From: Podospora anserina
Taxonomy: Eukaryota
Assembly: GCA_017654855.1 (NCBI GenBank)
Contig: CM030335.1
Location: 2,294,001 to 2,358,000 of the forward strand
DNA: 64,000 nt
Direction: 5' to 3'
Shown here: positions 49,913 through 60,900 of the stretch, piece by piece
How the letters are laid out: each line of letters begins with the position of its first letter
Numbering within the stretch: position 1 is the first letter of the stretch
Position numbers and translations under genes: made by a program
Notes under the pieces: model-generated
The model's input: only the letters and a program-made list of their open reading frames with translations
Databases searched by the model: none
What the model was told of the DNA's origin: nothing

Positions 49913-51198
49913 ATGAGTTCAACCCCAACTGCGAACCTTGGTTCACATGAGCGTTACGCTGTGGGAACCAGACTCAAGCTCCACAAACATCGCGCCCCTG
50001 AGCCGTTTTGCTCGAATTACAGGGGACCACGCCCCAGGCGCGAAACATGTCGAGGCTCTGGCCGTCCAGACGATGACGAATTTACTCTCAAGGGCCGTGT
50101 CAACTTTGTCCTTCACAACCCCCCGTTGGCAACCGAACCCCCCCCAGACTCCTGGTGAGACCGTCATGACCATCACCGGCGACCTGAGCACCCGCGACTT
50201 CAAGGATGTCGAGCGTAAAGGAGGCCCCCGTGTAGTCACCTGCTACTCGGATGGCGACCCAACAATCAAGCACATGGCCAAAATATTCGACGCTTTGGAT
50301 CACCCTTTGATGGGTGATCCAAACTGTGACCTCCGCCCCCGGGAAACCTGCGTCGAGTGTATGGATTGCACAGCGCGCGCAGATCTGGACTACGCGATGG
50401 AAGCAGCTGTTTATGAGGGTTTTCTGCGCCTGGGAACGAGAAATTCAGGCACATCGTCCCGACGTACCATGGCAGTTGGACGTTTGCCCTGCCGACGCAT
50501 CAGGCTGGCAAGCCTCGGTGGGTGAGGATGGTGCTGATGGAGCATTTTGAAGGGGAAGTGATGGATAAAATCATGGGCAAACAAGTCATACCCAAGGACG
50601 ACGACGACGACGACGACTACAGCGAACCAAACATTAAATACACCCTCGACTACGGCAAACTTCCCCCCGAAGCAGACCGTCTCTCCATCATGAAACAAAT
50701 CATCGAAACCGAAATCAGGATGATGTGGAACGTCGAAATTAGCATTACACCTTGCAATGCGAGGCTCAAGACGGAGAATATCTTTGTCTGCAACGACGGA
50801 TCCGTCAAGTTCATCAGTTTTAGAGAGGCAAAGGTGTACCGCTATCTTGACGAGACGGAGGATCACCCAAACCAGATCTATGATGGGCGGTGGGACTCAG
50901 GCGTGCCAGCGGCGGAGATGAGGCCGATGAAGTCTCCGATTGAGAGATACTGGTCTAAATGCTTCCTCGAACCTTTCGATCGTTGGCTCCCAGAGGCCTG
51001 GGAAAAGAACGAGGAGTTGGCAAACGAGTGGTTGATTGACACGTTCGGCTCGGAGAAGGAGTTAGAAAAGTATGAGCCGATCAAAGACGAGTGGTTCTGG
51101 GAGAGAGAGCCTATAAGGGACAAGGCGAAAAGGTGCGCAAGTGGTTGGAAGATCATGATCCGGACGAGAGGCCCTCCAAGAGAGCTCGGCATGTATAA
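49913..51198 (+). pseudogene. Disrupted fungal protein-kinase-like gene, paralog B
   Basis: Colinear with paralog A (KHRAP, GGPRVVTCY, AKIFDALDHP, CDLR, DCTARADLDYA, IVPTYHGSW, RWVRMVLMEH, DGSVKF, SPI). It is broken by three frameshifts: C8 at 50138-50145, GGGTTTT at 50417-50423, and about 51095-51110. A TATA-like TATATAAA lies about 155 bp upstream. Confidence 0.7.
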
Positions 51199-51397
51199 TT
51201 CAACAGGACTATTACTACTAGTTGGACTTCTTGCAACATCTTTCAAGGCCTTTATATTTTATGTCAAATCTTCCCCCATGTGAACTTCAATCATCCCCCG
51301 TATCTTGCCCCTTTTCTTGGTGCGAGTAGGGTGTGTTCCGCATACCTCCACACATGAACCCACCTTCCGAGCAATTTCTCCAACAAATCAAGTAACA

Positions 51398-51468
51398 GCA
51401 TCAGTGGTTTAGTGGTAAAATCCATCGTTGCCATCGATGGGCCCCGTGTTCGATTCACGGCTGATGCA
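51398..51468 (+). tRNA. tRNA-Gly (anticodon GCC), intronless
   Basis: GCATCAG-TGGTTTAGTGGTAAAAT-CCATCG-TTGCCAT-CGATGG-GCC-CCGTG-TTCGATT-CACGG-CTGATGC-A forms a complete cloverleaf, followed by a T-run terminator at about 51481-51494. Confidence 0.96.
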
Positions 51469-51613
51469 ACTCAGCTTCTCTTTTGCATTTTTTTCTACCT
51501 CTCTCTCATCTACGCTCCTTCAGGGGCATTTATTTCCTCACCTTCTTTTTCTTTTATTTCAACCACACCACAAATCCCACCCTTGGATCCCTCTTGACCA
51601 CAAAACCTCCCCG

Positions 51614-53044
51614 TCAAATCTTCTCCCCCTCCAAAATCCCCCTCGCCTCCTCCCCCCTCCACCAACTCTTCCCCTCCTCCCCCGGATACCCAAACCGCTC
51701 CATACTCTCCCCCCTCATCTGAACCGAATACCCCGGCTGCGTAGGCGTGACATAATACCCCTTTTCAATGACACTCGGCCAGACAAAATGCTCATGCAAA
51801 TGATCCACATACTCCAACACGGACTTCTGCCCGCTCACCACCACATAGTCAATCGTCGACAAGTGCTGCGTATACTCCGGCAGCCCGACCCCACCACTAT
51901 GCGGCACGATCGGAACCCCAAACTTCTTCGCCATCAGCATCACCGCAAGAACCTCATTGACACCACCCAGCCGACAGGCGTCAATCTGGCAAACGTCTAT
52001 GGCGCCCGACATGAGGAACTGCTTGAACATGACCCTGTTCTGGCACATCTCCCCCGTGGCGACCTTGATGCCGTAGGGTTTCAGCGCAGTTCTTATAGCC
52101 AGATGCCCCAGGACATCATCAGGAGAAGTCGGCTCTTCAATAAACCAAGGTTTGAAACCCGCAAGGGATTTCATGTACTCGATCGCCTCGGGCACGCTCC
52201 AGATCTGGTTGGCGTCCACCATGAGGATTTTCTCTCCCGGGGTGGGTGATGAGTCGAGGACTTGACGGGCGATGGTCAACCGTTTGATGTCTTCCTGTAG
52301 TGACCCGCCTACTTTGAGCTTGAAGTGCCTGTACCCCTGTGCGACTGTTTCCTGGAGCAATCTCCTCATTTTGGATTCGTCGTAACCAAGCCAGCCCGCG
52401 GAAGTGGTGTACGCGGGTACAGCTTCGTTTTTTTCCGCCTGGGCGATTCGTTCGGGCTTACCCTCTTGCATTGACTGCAGGAGGGAGAGGGCTTCCTCGG
52501 GGGTGATGGCGTCGGTGATGTAGCGGAAGTCGATGCAGGCGACGAATTCTTCTGGGGTCATGTCTGCTACTACCCTCCAGACGGGTTTGTTGAGGGTTTT
52601 GGCCCATAGATCCCACAACGCGTTGACTACCGCGCCGAGGGCGAGGTGGATGACTCCTTTTTCTGGGCCTATCCAGCGGAGCTGGGAGTCGTTGACTAGG
52701 TGGCGCCAGGTGGCGCCAAAGTTTGTGCCGACGAGGGAGGAGAGGGGGGTGTGGAGGATGCGGGGGGCGAGGTGGGAGATGGCGGCGCAGACGAGGTCGT
52801 TTCCGCGGCCGATGGTGAAGGTCTGTGATGGGGGTTAGCAATAAGGGTGGCTTATAAGGGGAAGGGGGGGGGGGGAGCGGACCATGCCATGGCCGGTGAG
52901 GTCGGAGTCGGTCTCGAGGATGCAGTAGGCGGCTGAGTAGTCTCCTGCCGCGTTCATGGCGTCGGAGCCGGTTTTGTCTAGGGAGGTGGGGAAGCGGACA
53001 TCGCGGGTTGAGAAGGAGGTTATGGTTATTTCTTTGGGGGCCAT
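51614..53044 (-). CDS. lgd1: L-galactonate/L-fuconate dehydratase (enolase superfamily, mandelate racemase subgroup)
   Basis: [52 protein letters not shown], the KxK motif FKLKVG, metal ligands in DANQ/EEP/ATGE, and PHSGGVGL. Intron at about 52823-52882. Confidence 0.9.
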
Positions 53045-53939
53045 CTTGGGGGTGTGTAGATTGTATCCTATATCTGGCTCTTTGAGTGTGCGGTTTTGAG
53101 CTGTGTACGAGGCTGTGAGACGGTGGCTAGGATGTAAGGTCTAAAAGAGCGTATTCTTGAAGAGTTAAAGAAGAAAGCCAAGTAAACATATCCAGGAACT
53201 CATCATAATACAGCTCCGATCCAGGAACGCGGGGCAGCTTGGGGATAGCTCGGGTTAGTGAGGGGAACAGTGGGGTGAACTGGGGAAACACCAGTTGAAG
53301 GAGCGCCGTTTGATTGACGGATAAATCGTGGGGGGTTGGTACTCTGCTCCATGACATAACCGTTGACTGGGGGTCGGGTCAATTGATTACGAGGTTGTGG
53401 TTGTGGATTGCCCCTTTTCAATTCAGGGGTAGTAAGTCCCAAGCGTGATCTCGGTATCCTACCGAATAGCACGTGGATGGACGGCTGCTTCTACCCCAAG
53501 TGAGCAAAAGTAGAGTCCGACATATTTACGGAGTTTATTTTGGTCAAAAGGGGCTGCTGCTACTGATGCAACACCAGTAGGCTAAGTTCCGAAGGCGACT
53601 CGGGACAAACAGAGTGGAAAACTTGAGCTCCCACAAGGGCAAGGAAAGCAAACTTCTCTGAGATGAACCACAGCTTCTTTTGCTGGTGGTAGAAAAATAT
53701 TGCGAGGGTGGACGCGTGGACCCTCGGACTTCGTGTATAAGCCGTGTTCAGATCGGAGCGTCCTGGTCAGAGACAATGCTGGTCGAGTTCCGACGATCTT
53801 TGGCCAGATGATAATGTAGGCAGTGATATTTCGACGAGAATAAGATTAAATAGTCCCATCATCTCCTTTCTAAGATCCCCGTCACTCACCTCATTACCGC
53901 ATCAAGATCACACTACTCACTGCACAAACCTACTTCAAG

Positions 53940-54707
53940 ATGTCTTCCAAGACTTTCAACCTCTCCAAGCCAGACCGGACTGTGCAAGTCGGTGTGATCC
54001 TTCTCGGCGGGTACGTCCCTTGTAACAGTTCTAGAATCTGACACTGACAAGATGGTATCAGTCTCACCGAATTCCTCGACGTGGCACCTGTCGACCTCTT
54101 CAACAGCCTCACGCCCAGGTTTCTTCAAACCTTGTCAAGCGCTTTCCTTCCAGCCCATCTCTTGCAACAAGCCATAGACATGGAATTTCACTGGGTGAGT
54201 GAGACAGGCAAAACCCCTTCAGTCAGCAACCTTACCGCGCGCACAACCATCGTGCCGACCGACTCCTTTGCAACCTGTCCTGTCTTGGACATTGTCCTCA
54301 TCGGAGCCTACCACGCTGGGTATAACCCGACTGAGGCAGAGTTGGCTTATGTCCGCAAGGCGTACGACAACTGCTCTGCCTTTATGACCATCTGCGGCGG
54401 CATTGAGGTCCCCTTGAGAGCTGGCATCTTGGAGGGCAAGACTGCCACGGGACCGAGATTTATGTTGGATATTCTGAGACAGCTGGCACCAGGAACGAAC
54501 TGGATTGAGAAACGCTGGGCGAGCGATGGCAAGTTGTGGACGAGTGGAGCTCTGCTGAACGGGACGGATATGGTGGCGGCCTTTCAGAGGGAGGTTTGGG
54601 GTGGGAAGTCGCTTACAGAGGAGGATTCCTTGGTTGAGTTCATGGCCAGGGTGGGAGGCGTTCCCGTGAGAGACGTTGATTACAAGGATGTGGATTGGAA
54701 GCTGTGA
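53940..54707 (+). CDS. DJ-1/PfpI (class I glutamine amidotransferase-like) family protein
   Basis: TEFLDVAP, LDIVLIGA, nucleophile elbow TICGG, AGILEGKTAT, KRWASDGKLWTSGALLNG. ATG at 53940, intron at about 54011-54061. Confidence 0.87.
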
Positions 54708-54927
54708 TCTTCTGGACGTTTCGGGCTTGTTTGCTTCAGAACTTCGTGTTAGCTTCCGTGCTTTGCTGTGGAGGTATCACATGACGATAGTTAGGCAATG
54801 GGAGAAGGAGCAGCTGAGGGCTGATGTCACGTTCCACTCGCTCAAATAGTCACGACTGATCGGATCACACTCTCTCAAAACCTTTTTCCCTTCCCACATC
54901 CAAGGCTGCCGCATGCCCCTTCACCAC

Positions 54928-54991
54928 AATCCAACATTTATCACCATGTTCGTTGAACGAATCCAACATTTATCATCATGTTCGTTGAACG
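54928..54991. repeat. 32-bp tandem duplication
   Basis: AATCCAACATTTATCACCATGTTCGTTGAACG (54928-54959) is followed directly by AATCCAACATTTATCATCATGTTCGTTGAACG (54960-54991), with one mismatch. Confidence 0.9.
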
Positions 54992-55545
54992 GTGCACTCG
55001 GCTATCCCATCTTCGCGTCATATCGTGGAAGCCATGACAGTCGTCCACGTACAACGGTACGTCGTCCGAACGAAAAATTTCATCACACTTCAAACCTGGC
55101 ATGTCCCTTTTTACGCTCTCACCAGTAAGCGGTTGATCGATTCCAGACACCGATCTCGAGCAGGATTGGCCACTCCTCATCTATTCAGAACTGACAGGTT
55201 CCACCTGAACTACCAGGACACGTACTTCGTCTTGCCGTACACACGTCCACCCCATCTACCGAGCCACAGAGATTGCCATATACCGTGCTCTGTTTTACGC
55301 TGCTCAACAGTAACCCCCACAGTTCGGGAAGCCTCAATATCTTCACGTCGTTTGTTCAGCTCTGGCAATCCCGTTGTCCTGTTCGAAAGTACGCAAGTTG
55401 CACACTCCCCATAACCCAAGACTCCATGGGTTAGCCGTCGACGCTGGCCATGTCAGGTCGGTATTCAAGTATGCCTCCAAAGTCCCCAAAGTGATAGATT
55501 GTCCTCCCGTTCTCGGTTGGATATCTTTCGAGACCTCAGACCAAA

Positions 55546-56556
55546 ATGTTCGCCGTGCCGATAGAGGAATTCAGAAAGATAAGGGAAAATAGGCGTAAGC
55601 TGGCAACATCGACCAAGTCATCAACACCACCACCACCACCGAGTCTCGACAATGTCTCGACGGATATAGAGCTTCAGCTTCCCGCTCCTGCGATTATAGA
55701 TGATGCCCAGGGGCCCGACGCTCACAAGCCATTGATCAACCCCCGTCTTATATCCGACGCTACAATCGGTCTCTCAGACGGCCTCACTGTCCCCTTTGCT
55801 CTCACAGCAGGACTTACCGCGCTAGGAGACACCCGCACAGTCATCTATGGTGGTCTGGCAGAACTGATAGCAGGCGCCATCTCAATGGGACTAGGAGGTT
55901 ATCTTGGAGCAAGGGGAGAATTGGCAGCATACGAAGAGTCACACTCTAGGCTGATGACGCTCCTGCAAGAACCTGGGCCGCCTACCAAGTCCGCCATCAC
56001 CGCCGGCCAAGACGCTGTCATTGAGGCGTTGCAGCAAGCCTTGTTTCCTCTGCAGGTACACAGACTGGACCTGAAACACCAGCTTATCGAGGGCGAGAGT
56101 GAAGAATGGGTGGGGTTACTGTTGAGGTTACAAGGCATTTCCCTTCCTTCAACATGTACCGACGACGACTGTACGAAAAGCCATGACCAAAAGGCCGAGG
56201 AGAAACGGAGGAGAAGGAGACAGAGAGATGACAGCAGGACGAGAGCAATGCAATCGGCCGTCACAATAGCGGCCGGGTATTTCCTCGGTGGGCTCCTACC
56301 GCTTATACCGTACTTTTTCGTGGCAGGACATATCGGAAAGTTGATGACGGGGCTGTACATCTCGATCGGAGTCATGGGGGTAGCGTTGTTCACGTTTGGC
56401 TATGTCAAGACGGCTGTGGTGGTTGGGTTTGGAAGGCAGCACGCAAAGAAGAGTGTGCTAGGGGGTGTGCAGATGGTGATTGTAGGGGGGATGGCGGCCG
56501 GGGCTGCTATGGGTTTAGTTAAAGTGTTTGAAGGGGTTGGGACGTTTGGGTCATGA
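55546..56556 (+). CDS. VIT1/CCC1-family vacuolar Fe2+/Mn2+ transporter
   Basis: DATIGLSDGLTVPFALTAGL, GGLAELIAGAISMGLGGYL, and YFLGGLLPLIPYFF are VIT1-family signatures. Confidence 0.9.
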   Translation: MFAVPIEEFRKIRENRRKLATSTKSSTPPPPPSLDNVSTDIELQLPAPAIIDDAQGPDAHKPLINPRLISDATIGLSDGLTVPFALTAGLTALGDTRTVIYGGLAELIAGAISMGLGGYLGARGELAAYEESHSRLMTLLQEPGPPTKSAITAGQDAVIEALQQALFPLQVHRLDLKHQLIEGESEEWVGLLLRLQGISLPSTCTDDDCTKSHDQKAEEKRRRRRQRDDSRTRAMQSAVTIAAGYFLGGLLPLIPYFFVAGHIGKLMTGLYISIGVMGVALFTFGYVKTAVVVGFGRQHAKKSVLGGVQMVIVGGMAAGAAMGLVKVFEGVGTFGS

Positions 56557-56736
56557 TGTACGAGAGAGAAAAAAATCGGAAGAGCTCATATAGACAGTCA
56601 GTACAGAGATATAAAGTGGGTTTTAAAAAGGGGGTATTCTTGCTATCAAGGCGTTTGTGTGAATTTCATTTACACCTGCATATCCTACACATGTGTGACC
56701 TCTCTCCAGGGTTGTGATATGGTGACGAGGGAAAGC

Positions 56737-56958
56737 TTAGGCACCACCCTCCCGCTTGGCGTACTCCTCCTCCATGGCCTCTTCGTATTTCCTGTCTGCT
56801 TCCTTTTCGGCTTCGGTCTTGGGGCGGGTGACACCGGCGCCAGTGTTGACGCCAGCGCCGGTGGGGACGTTGGAGGCTTGCTGGGGGTTGATGTTGGAGG
56901 AGGAAGAGGGGTTGTTGGAGGGGGCCGAGGAGGTGGAGGAGGTGATTTTGTCAGACAT
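56737..56958 (-). CDS. Small conserved fungal protein (73 aa)
   Basis: ATG in good context (CATCATG). A low-complexity N-terminus leads to a charged C-terminal helix KTEAEKEADRKYEEAMEEEYAKREGGA, a motif I recognise from small ascomycete hypothetical proteins. Confidence 0.7.
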   Translation of the reverse strand: MSDKITSSTSSAPSNNPSSSSNINPQQASNVPTGAGVNTGAGVTRPKTEAEKEADRKYEEAMEEEYAKREGGA

Positions 56959-57942
56959 GATGTTTCTTTATTTGGTTGTTTGTAATGTTTTGAGAAAAGA
57001 GGTAGCAGATAGTTTGTGTATTGTGTGATGGATGGATGATGTGTTGTGAAAGCCGTAGTGAGTTGTGAAGTCTTCTTATAGCTCTTTGTGAGGGAGAGCT
57101 GGTGGCAAAAGGTGGCGTACAGCGTGCGTAATTGCCCAACTGAGCATTGGGATGGAGCGCTGAAGATGACTCCGAGAGGGGTGGGTTATAGCGGGTGATC
57201 CCGCATTTTCAGGGACCAAAACCAGAACTCCACAGCAGGTTGTTGGGTAGAACTGTTTGTCAGGTCAAGTTCCTCACTTGGGTAGAGGCTATATCCAAGA
57301 ACACTCGAGTGTCGTCTCTTTTTTCGCGGAGATGGGAATTAGGAAGGTGGGTGGTGGGCTTGGTTTTGTTCGTCGAGTCTCAACCTCACCTTCAACCCCC
57401 TTCAAAGAAGATTCAAAAGACTACCTACACCACTTACTTGAATATACAGCATCTCATCACAGCCATCATGTCCTCACATCATCAGTCACACCACCCGACA
57501 CTCCAGCACAGCACAAGACTATTTATTCTCACTCGCTTTTCCCTCTCCTGACAGAATTCTACAAGCACAACCCCTCAAAACCTCAACGCAAAAACCCCGC
57601 TTATATGAGCGCTCAACCCTAAAGCCTAATACTACACAGCCACAACAAACTCCCCGCCCTTAAACATTTCTTCCCAACCCAAACGCCCCAATCCATGATT
57701 CACGTATACCTCGTCTAAGACACACCCCAAAATGACCATAAACGCGCGCATCCGTGAAGAAAAATAAATATTACGCCATGTCATTATGCAAGTAACAACT
57801 CCCTCCGGTACCCGCCTGGGTGTTTCTTGGAAAATCTCCCTCCCAGCCGTGCAATGCAACTCTGCCTTGGCCGTGCAGAAGCACGAGGTTCCTCCTTCGT
57901 CAAGGTTTGAGAAGCCGGAGTTGTGTACTACATTACAACGTT

Positions 57943-60900
57943 CTACGCCACAACGGGGCGGAGGATAGCCTCGAAGCGGGCGGCAACCTAGAAAACCCAT
58001 GTTAGAAGAGATTCAAGAGTGGAGGAAAAAGGATGACGTACCTCAGGAGCCGCCTTGATAAACGGCAGCTCAAAGAAATGAAACTTTTCATTCTTGAGCA
58101 ACTCGAGGATCGTGACCACGAGACCCCATGGCTGGGGCCAGTACCCAACCATGCGCTCCAAGAGAACTCGCACAATCTGCTGCCGAATCTCTGTCTCCTC
58201 CGGGTCGTCAAGATCGTGACCAAAAATTTCGACGATGGCATGGCTGAAATAGTTTGTCGACGCGTTGGCGAACCGGAGTTCGTTGACCATGCTGCTGAGA
58301 AGATAGTACCGTGTCTCGGCCGGCACCTCGGTGACCAGCATGTGCAGAGTCTTGACGTCGGGAGCCCCGGACACGAACACGGGCGCGTCACTGTTGTTAA
58401 CAGCGCGTTGGGAGGCCGCGTTGGCGATGTGGGAAACCACGGCGTCGACAACTCGGCGGTCGACATTGACAGGCACAAAGCCAAACGTGGTCAGGTCGGT
58501 ATCGGCGTGGTGCATCGCGTGCGTAATTTGGGCGATGGCGTCCTCCGAGGGTCCGTTTTGCAATGACTGCTCCAGGATGTCATAGAGCCCTAGTTCCTTG
58601 AGCTGGCCGGCGCAGTCATAAAAGCTCACCACCGGGTCCTTCATCTCGGGGATCCGATCAATCTTGAGTCCCGGCCGAAATGGATCGGGCACCTTGTCGA
58701 ACGGCGTCGTGGACGCCGACAAGATCATGTTGATGAGCTGTGTGGCATGCGAGGGCAGGCACTGGCATAGCTGCACATAGTTGGCAGAAAGATACTCCGG
58801 GAAGTCGTGGAAAAGCACAGCCACAAGCTTCACCGTGCCCGAGTACAGGTCCTTAGCGGCAAGGGACACTTCGAAAGCTTTCAGCATGTTGCCGAGATAA
58901 GAGAAGAGATGGGTGAGGAGCTTGGTGAAGGGCTCCCAGCCTGCCTGGTTGGGCATGCGCATGATCGCTGGGAGAAAGGCGCGGTGAGCCAAGAGACCCA
59001 TCCATTGAAACAAGAAGCCAGGGTACACAGCCGGCCGAAGGTCCCATAGACGTGCCGCAAAGTTGAGCACTATCTTTTCGCTCTCACTGTCTGAGAATCT
59101 CTCCGTCAGGTTCATAATCTGGTGGAAGAGATTGGAGAAGAAGCGGAAGAACACGCGTGGGTTGAAAGCGTCCCCGCGTCTAACGTGGTGGTTGTTCAAC
59201 ACAAGCACACCAAGAGCAAGGACAGAGTCCAGGAAGGCGACACGCGATGATTCGCTGGTGCCAGGAGCGTCGTGGGACTGAGTGAAGATGAGGATCATCT
59301 TGACGAGAGCGTCAACTGCCTGGAAGCTCTCGTTGCTGAAGCCTTCACCAAGGTGGCCACTTTGCTCAGCACGGTCGACGGATTTGTCGATTGCTTGCCT
59401 CGCAAAGACGAAAAAGTCCTCCTTGGTGACAATGTGCCGCCGCCAGTTCAACTGTTGCACAAACTTTGTGGCAGCCTTTTCCGAGGCGCAGTCGTTGTTG
59501 CATAGCTGCACCCATTCCTCAAAGATGTAGTCAAACTGCTCGAACTGAGCCTCGGGGGTTCGGTCAGGATGAATCTCGGGCGAAGGCCCCAGCACCTTGG
59601 CCTTGAACCGCTGGCCACCTGGCACTTCGGGCTCTTCAGTTATCCACGCCCAGGCTTCCTCCAAGCTCTGAACGAAATCGGTATAGAGATTGACAGGGGC
59701 CTCGCTGAACAGCGTAAGATCCATCAAGGACTCCAGAAACTCAATGGAACCGCTGCTCCGTTCATTCAACGCCTTGGCCATGGCTGCATCGATGCTGTGC
59801 CAATCAATGAGGTCCGTTCTGAGCAGCGCCGAGATCAGGGGCAGATTCAAAAAAGTACTACCTGACTGCTGGTAAAACAGCCAGCGGATCTGTTGACTCG
59901 TCGCCGGGCCCGCAACCTTTCGCAGCGTCTCCAGCACGTGGACCAGCGTCTCCAAGAGGAGGGAAGTGGGTTCGGGCTGCGGGCGGAAGAGAAGACCGGA
60001 GATTTGGGTCGCCACATAGACTGCAAATTCATCAGATGTCTGTTGAGTCTTGATTGTAAGCTGGACGACGGCGTCATGAATGTTGATAACTTCATGGGTC
60101 CGAGGGAGGTCCTCAAAGTGCTCCTCGGCCGTGTTGCTGACGGCAGTCGCCAGCTTTTCCAACAAGCTGTTCACCCGTTCCGCCACGTTCCGAGCGTCGA
60201 CAGGGCTGATGCCAGGTTGTCGGCCATTGACCATGCCAGCATGAACCGGAGGGTAATGCTGAGGTTGGACGCCCATGTGGGGAAGCGATGGGGTTTCAGC
60301 AGGGGTAGGAATGGTGGACACCGAGTTGTACTGGTCACCGAGGACTTCGTTTGCAATTGATCTCGCATCCGACGATGAAGGAACGTGCGAAGGCGTAACA
60401 GAGGCGGCGGCGGCGGCAGCGGCGGCAGCAGCCGCAGCAGCAGTCACCCTTGATTGCCGAGCAAAATCATCGTAGATGGCCATTTGCTCATCATTGAGGC
60501 CGCTCAAGCTGGGCTGCAGCTTGAAAGGAGCGGGGATAGTCCAGGCCCAGCGGTTCAGGCGGGGATCCATGAATGGGTCGTTGGGTCGGTTGATGCGGTG
60601 ATGGCGGCGCGCCTCGAGATCTTCTGCGAGTAAGTCCTCAATCTCGGGGACACCGCGCTCCTCAGCCGACTTTTCGATGATGCTGGAAGCCAGCTCCATG
60701 TTGGAGTTGACACACAACATGATGATACCTTCTGGGAGACCCTGAGGAAGCTCCGAGGCGAGCTGGCGGAGATAGTTGGTGAAGTTGGCGCGCAATGGCT
60801 CCTTGGAGGTCACAAGTGCCAAGCTCCCAGCAGTAGACTTGACCATGTTGACGGCAGCCATCCGAACCCTGTCCGGGTCGCCCTCGGTTGCGAAGTCCTT

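Noticed and set aside
51199-51283. Hydrophobic C-terminal tail (GLLLLVGLLATSFKAFIFYV) as a membrane anchor on kinase-like paralog B
   Set aside because: Similarity to paralog A continues in the -1 frame and ends at TAA 51196-51198. The tail is read-through into AT-rich 3' flank.
51614-56556. Dehydratase, DJ-1/PfpI and VIT1 as a metabolic gene cluster
   Set aside because: The functions share no known pathway, and there is no backbone enzyme, cluster regulator or shared motif.
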